Below, piece after piece: positions 26,067 through 35,301 of a stretch of 64,000 nt of DNA. A program made the translations under genes and the position numbers. Source of the DNA: Anaerolineae bacterium (lineage in GTDB: Bacteria > Chloroflexota > Anaerolineae > B4-G1); the NCBI GenBank assembly GCA_046760785.1, contig JBHIET010000005.1, forward strand, positions 1,165 to 65,164. Reading direction: 5' to 3'. The notes below the pieces were generated by a model, which was given only the letters and a program-made list of their open reading frames with translations, was not told the origin of the DNA and did no database searches. Positions within the stretch are counted from its first letter, which is position 1. Each line of letters starts with the position of its first letter.

Positions 26067-26309
26067 ATGAACGCGGAGCAGAACAGTTTGAGGATGAAAG
26101 TGGAGAACGCCTTACTGACTATCAGGCCGCGCCTTCAGGCAGACGGTGGGGACGTGGAATTGGTAGACGTGAACGACGAAGGAGCCGTCTCGGTGCAACT
26201 CACTGGCACTTGCAGAGGTTGCCCTATGTCTACGATGACGTTAAGGATGGGCATAGAACGCATACTGAGGGAGCAGATTCCCGAAGTCAGGAGTGTGGAA
26301 GCTGTATAG
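26067..26309 (+). CDS. NifU C-terminal-domain-like Fe-S scaffold protein
   Basis: IRPRLQADGGDVELVDV...GTCRGCPMSTMTL. Confidence 0.75.
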   Translation: MNAEQNSLRMKVENALLTIRPRLQADGGDVELVDVNDEGAVSVQLTGTCRGCPMSTMTLRMGIERILREQIPEVRSVEAV

Positions 26310-27492
26310 GGAACGCAAAGAGGCCCTCAAACACGTGCTGCTCCAGTTGCACGCCGGCAAGAGCGTCGAGGAAGTCAAGGACGAGTTCGCCGCGCTGTTG
26401 CAAGACGTGGGAGCGACGGACATCGCCACGATTGAACAAGAGCTGGTCGAAGAGGGCATGCCGGCCGAGGAAATCAAGCACCTGTGCGACGTCCACGTGG
26501 TGGTCTTTCGCGAATCGTTAGAGGCCCAGGAGAAGCCGGACACCGTCCCCGGACACCCGGTCTATACATTTTTGGCCGAAAACGGGGCCGCCGGACGTGT
26601 GCTAGACAGGCTCGAAGAAGCGATTGGCGCGTCCCAATGGGAACAGGCCCGCGAGCAGTTGCGAGAACTGCGCAAGTACGAGATCCACTATGTGCGCAAA
26701 GAGAACATCCTCTTCCCCTTCCTGGAAAAGCACGGCTTCACCGGCCCTTCATCAGTGATGTGGGCCATCCACGACGACATACGCGCTGGGTGGAAGAAGC
26801 TGGACGAGCTGCTGGCCGGCGCTCCCGACAAAGAGAGCATCGCCGAGGTCTTCGAACCGCTGGCGACCGCCATCCGCGAAATGTTCTACAAAGAGGAAAA
26901 CATCCTCTACCCCACCGCCCTGGAGAAGTTGAGCGGCGCGGAATGGTACCAAATCCGCCAGCAAAGCCCCCAAACCGGCTACTGCTACGTCCAGCCGGGC
27001 GATCAGTGGCCGCCCAAGGAAACCGCTCTGGAATCCGCATTGGCGCTGACCGGGGCTGCGGCCGAGGAGTCCCCGATTGTATCGGCGGGCCTGCTCCACC
27101 TGGATACCGGCACACTCACCCCGCAAGAGGTCAACCGCCTGCTGACCCACCTGCCGGTTGACGTCACCTACGTGGACGCGGATGACACCGTGCGCTACTT
27201 TTCCCAGGGCCAGGAGCGGATATTCCCGCGCTCACCGGCCATCATCGGGCGCAAGGTGCAAAAGTGCCACCCGCCAGCCAGCCTCGACCGGGTACAACGC
27301 ATCCTAGACGACTTTCGCGCCAGGAAGCGCGACGAGGCCGAGTTCTGGATTCAGATGCAGGGGAAGTTCATCTATATCCGTTACTTCGCCGTGCGGGACG
27401 AGCAGGGAGAGTACCAGGGCACGCTGGAGGTAACCCAGGACATCACCTGCGTCCGTGCGTTGGAAGGCGAGCGGCGGTTGCTGAGCGAGTGA
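26293..27492 (+). CDS. DUF438 / hemerythrin-like / PAS domain protein
   Basis: The N-terminal DUF438-like block is LLQLHAGKSVEEVKDEFAALL..IEQELVEEGMPAEEIKHLCDVH. A central HHE-type region and a C-terminal PAS-like region follow. The start (GTG at 26293) is uncertain. Confidence 0.6.
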   Translation: MWKLYRERKEALKHVLLQLHAGKSVEEVKDEFAALLQDVGATDIATIEQELVEEGMPAEEIKHLCDVHVVVFRESLEAQEKPDTVPGHPVYTFLAENGAAGRVLDRLEEAIGASQWEQAREQLRELRKYEIHYVRKENILFPFLEKHGFTGPSSVMWAIHDDIRAGWKKLDELLAGAPDKESIAEVFEPLATAIREMFYKEENILYPTALEKLSGAEWYQIRQQSPQTGYCYVQPGDQWPPKETALESALALTGAAAEESPIVSAGLLHLDTGTLTPQEVNRLLTHLPVDVTYVDADDTVRYFSQGQERIFPRSPAIIGRKVQKCHPPASLDRVQRILDDFRARKRDEAEFWIQMQGKFIYIRYFAVRDEQGEYQGTLEVTQDITCVRALEGERRLLSE

Positions 27493-27513
27493 GCGAGTAG
27501 ATGGAGGAAGAAG

Positions 27514-28275
27514 ATGCGTATCCTGGCTATCATCACCGGTGAGTACGGGCAACGGCACGTGAACAACATCCGCGCCCACGGGCCGGACCACTGGCAGATC
27601 GAGGTTTGGAAAGCCCCTTCGGTCTACCCGCTGGTCATTGACTACCCGGAGGACTACTTGCCCGACGACCTTCCTCCGGCTGACCTGGTGCTGGCCTTCG
27701 GCGAGCACAAAGGGGTGGCGGAGTTGATCCCGGAGGTCGTCAAGATGACAGGGGCGCGGGCCGTCATTGCCCCGGTGGACCGGGAGGGGTGGCTGCCCCG
27801 GGGTCTGGCGCGGCAACTGCGGGGCTGGCTTTCGGAGATGGGGGTGGCCTGCGTCACCCCCAAGCCGCTCTGCTCTCTCACCGAGACCCACTACAACGTC
27901 CGCCGCCACCGAATTGAATACGACGACCCGCTCATTGCCAAATTCGCCCGTCACTTCGGCCGGCCCGAGTTCCGCATCACCGTGGACCCCGAGACGCGGA
28001 CCATCACCGAGGTGGAGGTGTTGCGGGATGCCTTCTGCGGCTCCGCCCGCTTCGTGGCTCAGGGGTTGGTGGGAGTTTCTGCCGATGAGGCGGAGCAGAA
28101 AGCGGGAATGCTCCATCATCACTACCCCTGCCTGGCGGGGATGGGCAAGGACCCTGACTTCAACGACACGATTATGCACGTCTCAGGGAACTTCCTCAAG
28201 GAGCGAGTGGGGGAGCAGGTGCAGCCCTACAAGGAAGTGGTCTACATCGTTCCCGGTCAGCGGAGCGAGGATTAA
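27514..28275 (+). CDS. DUF166 (COG1810) family protein
   Basis: MRILAIITGEYGQRHVNNIR... recalled as DUF166-like. Function is unknown. Confidence 0.5.
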   Translation: MRILAIITGEYGQRHVNNIRAHGPDHWQIEVWKAPSVYPLVIDYPEDYLPDDLPPADLVLAFGEHKGVAELIPEVVKMTGARAVIAPVDREGWLPRGLARQLRGWLSEMGVACVTPKPLCSLTETHYNVRRHRIEYDDPLIAKFARHFGRPEFRITVDPETRTITEVEVLRDAFCGSARFVAQGLVGVSADEAEQKAGMLHHHYPCLAGMGKDPDFNDTIMHVSGNFLKERVGEQVQPYKEVVYIVPGQRSED

Positions 28276-28421
28276 ACGCTCAATCTGAGAGATGACAAAC
28301 ATCACACACTAGATAGCGCCTTCCTCACTGGCGCAAATCACAAATCTGTGGCAAAATAATACTTGGAGCCGACCGGCTCCTGATTTCACGTATCTGACTC
28401 GGATTGCGAAGGAGAGATGCT

Positions 28422-28994
28422 ATGGCAGAATTGACCGAGATCCGGTGGCACGGTCGAGGAGGGCAAGGCGTGGTCACGGCCGGCAAGCTGCTGGCAGAGA
28501 CAGCGATGGGCAGCGGCCAGTATTTCCAGGCCTTTCCCGATTACGGGCCGGAGCGGATGGGCGCGCCGATCCGCGCTTACACCCGCCTTAGCTCTGAACC
28601 CATCACCATCCACTCCCAGATCGAGGAACCCAACGTGGTGCTGGTGCTCGACCCCACACTGCTGGGGACGGTGCCGGTGACGGAGGGGCTTGAGGAGGAC
28701 GGCACGTTGCTGGTCAACACCTCGATGAGCCCGGCCGAGGTGCGCCAGATCACTGGCTTTCAGACCGGCAAGGTCTTCACCGTGGATGCCAGCCACATCG
28801 CCATCGAGGAGATGGGGCGGGGAATCACCAACACCCCTATGCTGGGAGCGTTCGCCCGCGCGACGGGCCTTTTCGACATAAAGGACCTGGCCGAGCAGTT
28901 ACGCGCCTGGTTCGGCAAGAAAATATCGGCGGAGGCCATCGAGGCCAACGTCCGGGCAATGCGCCGCGCGGCCGAAGAAGTTCAACAAGGCTAG
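28422..28994 (+). CDS. porG: Pyruvate/2-oxoacid:ferredoxin oxidoreductase gamma subunit
   Basis: MAELTEIRWHGRGGQGVVTAGKLLAE, with an RBS (gaaggagag). Confidence 0.85.
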   Translation: MAELTEIRWHGRGGQGVVTAGKLLAETAMGSGQYFQAFPDYGPERMGAPIRAYTRLSSEPITIHSQIEEPNVVLVLDPTLLGTVPVTEGLEEDGTLLVNTSMSPAEVRQITGFQTGKVFTVDASHIAIEEMGRGITNTPMLGAFARATGLFDIKDLAEQLRAWFGKKISAEAIEANVRAMRRAAEEVQQG

Positions 28995-29004
28995 GAGAGA
29001 GGCA

Positions 29005-29349
29005 ATGGAACAGAAAGGATGGCGAGATATTCCCATTGGCGGGATGATTCTGGAAGCGGGGAACGCGGTGGAGTACCTCACCGGCGGCTGGCGGGCCTTC
29101 CGGCCGGTGCGCGGGGAGGCTGAATGCATCCATTGTATGCAATGCTGGCTCTTCTGCCCCGACTCCAGCATCCTGGTGGACTCCGGGAAAATGATCGGCT
29201 TTGACCTGGAGCACTGCAAGGGCTGCGGCATCTGCGCGTCGGTCTGCCCCGTCAACGCGAAAGTGATCAGGAAGGCCGGGGAGGAACTGGCGCGGGATGA
29301 CTCCCGCCTGTGTATCCGCATAGTCGAAGAAGGAGAGTTCCAGGAGTGA
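29005..29349 (+). CDS. porD: Pyruvate:ferredoxin oxidoreductase delta subunit (2x[4Fe-4S])
   Basis: CIHCMQCWLFCPD and CKGCGICASVCP. Confidence 0.85.
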   Translation: MEQKGWRDIPIGGMILEAGNAVEYLTGGWRAFRPVRGEAECIHCMQCWLFCPDSSILVDSGKMIGFDLEHCKGCGICASVCPVNAKVIRKAGEELARDDSRLCIRIVEEGEFQE

Positions 29350-29353
29350 GACG

Positions 29354-30541
29354 ATGAGCGAATTTGAAGCATTGGCTGGAAACGAGGCCGTCGCCACGGC
29401 GATGCGCCAGATCAACCCCGACGTGGTAGCTGCTTACCCCATCACGCCACAGACCTCCACCGTGCAGACCTTTTCCAACTACGTCGCCGACGGGTTGGTG
29501 GACACCGAGTTCGTGACGGTGGAGAGCGAGCACAGCGCGATGAGCGCTTGCGTCGGCGCGTCGGCGGCCGGGGCAAGGGTGATGACGGCGACCTCGGCCA
29601 ACGGGTTGGCGCTGATGTGGGAAATCGTCTACATCGCGGCCTCCAACCGCTGCCCCATCGTGATGAGCCTGGTCAACCGGGCGCTTTCGGCCCCCATCAA
29701 CATCCACTGCGACCACTCCGATGTGATGGGTATGCGGGATAGCGGCTGGCTCATCCTGTTTTCTGAAAACGGCCAGGAGGCTTATGACAATCTCATCCAG
29801 GCCGTCCGCATCGCCGAGCACCCCGACGTGCTGCTGCCCGTTGCGGTCTGCCAGGATGGTTTCATCACCAGCCACGGGATGGAGCGGGTGGAGATTTACG
29901 ACGACGGTGAGGTGAAAGATTTCGTCGGTGAGTACCACCACCAGTGGTCGTTACTGGACCTGGAGAATCCCAAGACCTACGGCCCGCTTGATTTCTATGA
30001 CTACTACTATGAGCACAAGCGGCAGCAGGTGGAGGCGATGAGGAACGCCCAGCAGGTCATCCTGCAAGTGGCGGAAGAGTTCAACCGCAAGTTCAACCGC
30101 AACTATGGCCTGTTCGAGCCTTACCGGCTAGAGGACGCAGAAGTGGCGGTGGTTGTCGCCAACTCTACCGCCGGAACGGCCAAGGTGGTGGTGGACAAGC
30201 TGCGGGACGAGGGCCTGAAGGTGGGTCTGCTAAAACCTCGCGTCTTTCGTCCCTTCCCGGCGCAGGAACTGGCGGAGGCGCTGAGCCACCTCAAGGCGGT
30301 GGCCGTGATGGATCGCTCCATCTCCTTCGGCGCGATGGACAACACCGGTTCGCTGTTCCTGGAACTGGCGGCCGGGCTGGCGCTCCACGGCGTGCAGGTG
30401 CCGGTAGCCGACTACGTCTTCGGCCTGGGTGGGCGGGACATCCTGCCTGGCGAGATCGAGCGGGTCTACCGTGATGCGCTCAAGGTAGCCGAGACGGGGC
30501 AGGTGGAAAAGATGGTAACCTATTTGAGTGTGCGGGAGTAG
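29354..30541 (+). CDS. porA: Pyruvate:ferredoxin oxidoreductase alpha subunit
   Basis: GNEAVATAMRQINPDVVAAYPITPQT. Confidence 0.85.
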   Translation: MSEFEALAGNEAVATAMRQINPDVVAAYPITPQTSTVQTFSNYVADGLVDTEFVTVESEHSAMSACVGASAAGARVMTATSANGLALMWEIVYIAASNRCPIVMSLVNRALSAPINIHCDHSDVMGMRDSGWLILFSENGQEAYDNLIQAVRIAEHPDVLLPVAVCQDGFITSHGMERVEIYDDGEVKDFVGEYHHQWSLLDLENPKTYGPLDFYDYYYEHKRQQVEAMRNAQQVILQVAEEFNRKFNRNYGLFEPYRLEDAEVAVVVANSTAGTAKVVVDKLRDEGLKVGLLKPRVFRPFPAQELAEALSHLKAVAVMDRSISFGAMDNTGSLFLELAAGLALHGVQVPVADYVFGLGGRDILPGEIERVYRDALKVAETGQVEKMVTYLSVRE

Positions 30542-30542
30542 G

Positions 30543-31484
30543 ATGATGGCGACAAAATTGACACCCAAAGAATTGGCAAAGAAAAAAGATCGCCTGGCAC
30601 CAGGCCATCGGCTGTGCGCGGGCTGCGGCGCTTCGATTATCGTGCGGCAGATGCTGGCGGCGATTGACGATCCGGTGGTCATCGCCAACGCCACGGGCTG
30701 TCTGGAGGTGGCGACGACCATCTACCCCTACACCGCCTGGCGCGTGCCCTGGATCCACAACGCTTTCGAGAACGCGGCCTCCACCGCCAGCGGCATCGAG
30801 GCGGCGTATCGCTCCCTGGTGCGGCAAGGGAAGATCCCCGACCAGAACGTCAGGTTCATCGCCTTCGGTGGCGACGGCGGCACCTACGATATCGGCATCC
30901 AGGCGCTCTCGGGCATGGCGGAGCGGGGCCACCACGTGCTCTACGTCTGCTACGACAACGGGGCTTACATGAACACCGGCATCCAGCGCTCCAGCGCCAC
31001 CCCCTTCGGCGCGCATACCACCACTTCGCCCGCCGGCAAGGTCATCCCCGGCAAGACCCAGTTCCGCAAAGACCTGACCGCCATCATGGCCGCTCATAAC
31101 ATCCCCTACGTGGCCCAGGCCGCGCCGAGTCATTGGCGTGACCTGATGCAGAAAACGCGCAAGGGTGTGGCCGCCGAGGGGCCGGCCTTTATTAACGTGC
31201 TCTCCTCCTGCAACCGGGGCTGGCGGCACGGGACGAACGAGACCATCGAGATCACCCAGTTGGCGGTGGACACCTGCTACTGGCCGCTGTATGAGGTAGA
31301 GGACGGCGAGTGGCGGCTGACCTACAAGCCGAAGGAGAAGCTGCCGGTCATCCGCTGGTTGGAGCGGCAGGGGCGTTTCCGCCACCTGTTCCGGCCGGAG
31401 AACCGCCATCTGATTGACAGGATGCAAGCGGAGGTGGATCGTCGCTGGGAGCGGCTGTTACACCTGTGCGGGGAGGAAAGCTAA
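30543..31484 (+). CDS. porB: Pyruvate:ferredoxin oxidoreductase beta subunit (TPP-binding)
   Basis: GHRLCAGCGA and FGGDGGTYDIG. Confidence 0.85.
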   Translation: MMATKLTPKELAKKKDRLAPGHRLCAGCGASIIVRQMLAAIDDPVVIANATGCLEVATTIYPYTAWRVPWIHNAFENAASTASGIEAAYRSLVRQGKIPDQNVRFIAFGGDGGTYDIGIQALSGMAERGHHVLYVCYDNGAYMNTGIQRSSATPFGAHTTTSPAGKVIPGKTQFRKDLTAIMAAHNIPYVAQAAPSHWRDLMQKTRKGVAAEGPAFINVLSSCNRGWRHGTNETIEITQLAVDTCYWPLYEVEDGEWRLTYKPKEKLPVIRWLERQGRFRHLFRPENRHLIDRMQAEVDRRWERLLHLCGEES

Positions 31485-31530
31485 CCGAAGAGCGTCAATA
31501 GGTGGCTCTCACGGAAAAAGTAGGAATGAG

Positions 31531-31560
31531 CGCCCTGTGATCCGTATGGGTCACAGGGCG
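31531..31560. terminator. Hairpin between convergent porB and the anti-sigma gene
   Basis: cgccctgtgatcc-gtat-gggtcacagggcg forms a 13-bp stem with one mismatch. There is no clear U-tract. Confidence 0.4.
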
Positions 31561-31633
31561 GTTCGCTACCGTGATCTTAGTAACGCCTCTACCGGCATAG
31601 CGGTGTCCAGGGTGTCCTCACCGGTTCTGGATG

Positions 31634-32842
31634 CTACGGTTTGCTTGGCTTATCTGGTTTCTCTGGGTGCTCCGGATGCTCGGGATGTTCCGGGTGCTCT
31701 GGATGTTCCGGCGTCCTGGTTTGGCCAGGTGGCTGCGGTGTCTTGGTTCGACCAGGCGGCTCTGGCGTCTTGGTCAGGCCCGGTGGTTGTGGCGTCCTGG
31801 TTTGGCCGGGTGGTTGTGGCGTCCTGGTCCGGCCGGGCGGCTCTGGCACACTGGTAGTGGGAGTCGCGGTCGGCGTTGAGGTAGGAACAGCCGTGTTCGC
31901 CGTAGTTGGAGTGGTGAGGGCGGGGCGGCCAGGGAGAGGGGGGTGCTCGGGCTGGACTGTGGTTTCTTGTCCGGCCAGCAGTGCAACGGTGGTCTCCTGA
32001 GCCATCACGTTGACCACTCCCTCGACCACCACCACGCGGGTGGTGCCATCAGTTTTCACGGTCAGGGCAAATTCCGTTCCGCGCACCGCCATGACCGCCG
32101 TGGGGGTCTCGATCTCGAAGCGAGAGGCCTGATCAGGCAGAGGCCGCACGCGGCTATAAGTCTGGCCCGACGTTTGACGGAGGAGGATGACCTTGCCGCT
32201 GCCATCCCGCGGGCAACTCATCTGGATGACGGCGACCTCCGTCTCGGCCTCCAGATCGGTTGTGCTTCCATCGAAGAAGATCAGCGTGGCGGTGGAAAGC
32301 TGACTGGTGCGGACTCTGTCTCCTGCGTCTACCCGCTCGCCAGCCGACGTCGGCTGCCAGGCGTCGCTGCCGGCGGGCAGGACTTCTACGACACCCTTCA
32401 CCTGGCCCAGGGTAGCTGCTTGGGTGACGGTCGGCCTGAGCCAGGACGCGAGAAACACACTGGCGAGGGCGAGCAGGACGAGTGCCGTCGCGGCCGCCAG
32501 GGCCAGTTGGAAGGCAGGCACGCGCCTCCGCGCAGAGGGTCTCTCTTCCCTGGCGAACAGAGCAGCGACCCACTCTCCATAGCGGCGAAGCGGGCTGGGA
32601 GACACCGCCCGTTGGCGTTTTTTCTGGGTCAGCGTCTCCAGCATCCTCTGTTTCCCGGCGGCGAAGGCGGCAGGGCTGGAAGCTGGCAAGGGCACGTGAG
32701 ATACTTTGAGGGCGGTCTCCAGGAGGGGGCGCAGATCGCCAGCGTACTCCGGGTAGCGGGCCAGGCAGTCCTCCAGAGTGGCCTGATGTGCCCCCAGGAG
32801 AGCCAGGCTTTCATCTAAGGTCTCACGCAGATTCTGCTTCAT
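31634..32842 (-). CDS. Anti-sigma factor-like membrane protein with FecR domain and Pro-rich repeat tail
   Basis: N-terminus MKQNLRETLDESL...CLARYPEY, one TM segment (AAATALVLLALASVFLA), a FecR-like beta region, and a C-terminal (PPGxTxTPx)x5 plus (EHP)x5. Confidence 0.65.
   Translation of the reverse strand: MKQNLRETLDESLALLGAHQATLEDCLARYPEYAGDLRPLLETALKVSHVPLPASSPAAFAAGKQRMLETLTQKKRQRAVSPSPLRRYGEWVAALFAREERPSARRRVPAFQLALAAATALVLLALASVFLASWLRPTVTQAATLGQVKGVVEVLPAGSDAWQPTSAGERVDAGDRVRTSQLSTATLIFFDGSTTDLEAETEVAVIQMSCPRDGSGKVILLRQTSGQTYSRVRPLPDQASRFEIETPTAVMAVRGTEFALTVKTDGTTRVVVVEGVVNVMAQETTVALLAGQETTVQPEHPPLPGRPALTTPTTANTAVPTSTPTATPTTSVPEPPGRTRTPQPPGQTRTPQPPGLTKTPEPPGRTKTPQPPGQTRTPEHPEHPEHPEHPEHPEKPDKPSKP
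31637..31850. repeat. Coding tandem repeats (27-nt x5 and 9-nt x5)
   Basis: They encode PPGRTRTPQ PPGQTRTPQ PPGLTKTPE PPGRTKTPQ PPGQTRTPE followed by HPEHPEHPEHPEHPEKPDKPSKP. Confidence 0.8.
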
Positions 32843-32882
32843 CCGCCATCTCAGGAAGTTTTCAGGGTGTGAGGATGGGAAC

Positions 32883-33107
32883 CTACGCCCTATGCCACTC
32901 ATATAGTAGCGATGTCACCTGCTGGTAGAGGCCCCAGTCGCCCAGCCAGGTTGTCACCTCATCTGGCGTTGGCGGCTGTCCATCCCATGCCCAGCCTGTG
33001 GCCTGGTTAGCCACCAGGTTCAGGAACCGGCTCCGCCAGGGCTCCTCCAGGGAGAACAGTGTGTCGGTAAGTGATTTTGCTCTCTCTGTCACGAAGATGT
33101 GAGACAT
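32883..33107 (-). CDS. Hypothetical 74-aa protein between the sigma and anti-sigma genes
   Basis: The ORF has a plausible RBS (aaggggg, 9 nt spacing) and an operon position. I recognise no family. Confidence 0.4.
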   Translation of the reverse strand: MSHIFVTERAKSLTDTLFSLEEPWRSRFLNLVANQATGWAWDGQPPTPDEVTTWLGDWGLYQQVTSLLYEWHRA

Positions 33108-33202
33108 TTCGCCATACCCCCTTCATTCTGATGTTCTCACCCTGTATAACGAAGAAGGGAGTGCTTAGATACGGTTATAGCACCGTACAATCGGATGGCT
33201 CG

Positions 33203-33730
33203 TCAGCTCCCATTTTGCTCCAGGACGCGCCGCAGCGCAGCCAGGGCCCGGTGTTGCAGCGACTTGACCGCACCCACGGACTTGCCCAACGTTTGGGCCA
33301 CCATCTCGTTATCCAGCCCCTCGACGAACTTCAGGAGGATGACCTGGCGCTGATCCTCGGTGAGACGGGCGACGGCAGCGGCCAGCCTGTGCTCGACGGC
33401 CTCTTCCAGGGCGTCTGTGCTGGCCACCAACCGTTCGTCCAGGGGGAGTGGCAGGGACCGTCCTGCGCGTCGGCGATAGTCCGTGACCAGGTTGCGGGCG
33501 ATGGTGTACAGCCAGGCCAATAGCGGCCGGCCTCGGTAGGTGAAGCGGTCAATTTTCTCCACCAGGCGCGCGAAGACCTCGCTGGTCAGATCCTCGGCTG
33601 TGGCGGCGTCGTCCACCTGGTAGAAAATATAGCGATAGATGGCTGGCTGATGCCGGTCGTAGATCTCCGCGAAGGCGGTTGGATCTCCCTTCTTCGCTCG
33701 CTGAATCAGCCTGGCTTCGTCCTCAGACAC
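33203..33730 (-). CDS. ECF-type RNA polymerase sigma-70 family factor
   Basis: VSEDEARLIQRAKKGDPTAFAEIYDRHQPAIYRYI (region 2) and LGKSVGAVKSLQHRAL (region 4). A GTG start at 33730 is favoured by the promoter position; an alternative lies at 33754. Confidence 0.75.
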   Translation of the reverse strand: MSEDEARLIQRAKKGDPTAFAEIYDRHQPAIYRYIFYQVDDAATAEDLTSEVFARLVEKIDRFTYRGRPLLAWLYTIARNLVTDYRRRAGRSLPLPLDERLVASTDALEEAVEHRLAAAVARLTEDQRQVILLKFVEGLDNEMVAQTLGKSVGAVKSLQHRALAALRRVLEQNGS

Positions 33731-33767
33731 TGGCCTCGTCCTCGCTGCATCCACTGCGCACGTGGGT

Positions 33768-33796
33768 ACTATAACACAGTTGGTGAGGAGAGACAA
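33768..33796 (-). promoter_or_regulatory. Candidate promoter TTGTCT-17-TATAGT with extended -10 TG
   Basis: The minus strand reads TTGTCTctcctcaccaactgtgtTATAGT. Confidence 0.35.
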
Positions 33797-34125
33797 AGGC
33801 TGGCTGTTGCCATCGTGCAGCTCAGCGGTATATAATAGGCCTTTACAAAGTTGGACAGTAATAGTACACTTCTCTCTTGACAAGTACCTTGAGGCGCGAA
33901 GCCGCCAACTCAGGCCGTTGATGGTGGGCGGCTATGAAAGCGACGATCAGCGCGGCGATGTAGACCCGGAACACGACGAGAGCTCATCATATCGCGCCCC
34001 TGACGGATGAAGAACGAGCCTGCCCTGGAGGAAGTCTGGAGGGCGGCGAGCACCGATGTGCCGCAACTTATCGCGCTCCCGGGCCGTTGGCTCCACAGGA
34101 GACTTGATCAGACAGGAGGAGACAC

Positions 34126-35301
34126 GTGACATCACCTGGAGTGACCCCAGATTGCTGCCCTCAGTGCGGCGCGTCCCTGCCGCCAGGAGACAGCGAGCGG
34201 ATAACCTGCGCCTACTGTGGTTCTTCTCTGATTCGCCAGCGGGCCTCCGGTGCAGGACCCGCCGGGGCATGGGGAGTGCGTCTTAGGAGCATCTCTTGCG
34301 CTGACCAGCAGGGCATTGGCGTTGAGGCTTTTCGCATGCTCGTCCCGGCCGATTGGGAGTTCGAGGGGGGCGTCCAATGGTTGATGAACAACCCAGGGAT
34401 GCCTGCCGTCATCGCCTTTCGGGCGTATAACCCTCAGGGAGAGGAAGCTTTCGAAGCCTTTCCCAATATCCCTTTTTACTGGACCAACAACCCGATGGTC
34501 AGGGCGATGTTCCCGGTGGGAAGCCTGTACTACGGGAACGAGGTCAGGCCGCCGGCCCCTGTGCCCCAGGTATTGCAGGAAATCGTCATCCCCCGCTACC
34601 GGGGCCAGGTGCCTGGCTTGCAGCTCATTCAGCAAGAGCATCTGCCCGACCTGGCGCGGGAGTTACGGGCCAGCAGCCCTGCTGCTCCCACCGGCATCAC
34701 CAGCGCGGACGGTGCGCGGGTCCGCATCCGCTACCGACACGGTGACCAGGACGTCGAGGAGGACGTCTTCGGCGTCGTCGAGGTCAGCCAGGTGGCCACG
34801 CCAGTGCTGATGGGCGCGATGGAAAACGTTTTCTGGATGGCGGATTACCTCTTCTCATTCCGGGCGCTGGCAGGCCAGCTCGATGGCCTTTCCGATATGT
34901 TCATGGCCATTGTCCGTTCCTTCCGGCTGAACCCACAATGGTACGGGCGCTACGTGCAGGTTAGCCAGTATATGATCCAGAACCAGATCCAGCAGATTCG
35001 CCACATCGGACAGATTAGCCAGATCGTCAGCCAGACCAGTGACCAGATCAGCGACATGATCATGGACTCGTACCACCAGCGGCAGCAGACGCTCGATCGG
35101 CTCTCCGACCAGTTCAGCCAGACGATCCGTGGCGTGGATGAGTACTACGACTCCTTTGAGGAGCATGGCGTCGAATTGCCAGGGGGGTACGATTATGCCT
35201 GGTCCAATGGCCTGGGTGAGTACATCCTGACCGACGACCCGAGCTTCGATCCCAACGTGGGCTCGAATCTGAACTGGGAGACGATGAAGCGGCGGCAGTG
35301 A
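34126..35301 (+). CDS. Zinc-ribbon domain protein of unknown function with Gln-rich C-terminal helix region
   Basis: CPQCGASLPPGDSERITCAYCGSS, with an RBS (aggagg) before the GTG. The rest is unrecognised. Confidence 0.55.
   Translation: MTSPGVTPDCCPQCGASLPPGDSERITCAYCGSSLIRQRASGAGPAGAWGVRLRSISCADQQGIGVEAFRMLVPADWEFEGGVQWLMNNPGMPAVIAFRAYNPQGEEAFEAFPNIPFYWTNNPMVRAMFPVGSLYYGNEVRPPAPVPQVLQEIVIPRYRGQVPGLQLIQQEHLPDLARELRASSPAAPTGITSADGARVRIRYRHGDQDVEEDVFGVVEVSQVATPVLMGAMENVFWMADYLFSFRALAGQLDGLSDMFMAIVRSFRLNPQWYGRYVQVSQYMIQNQIQQIRHIGQISQIVSQTSDQISDMIMDSYHQRQQTLDRLSDQFSQTIRGVDEYYDSFEEHGVELPGGYDYAWSNGLGEYILTDDPSFDPNVGSNLNWETMKRRQ

Noticed and set aside
31637-31850. The possibility that the regular short repeats form a CRISPR array or a non-coding satellite.
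   Set aside because: The units are contiguous with no spacers. They have 27- and 9-nt periods in frame and encode the Pro-rich tail of the anti-sigma-like protein.
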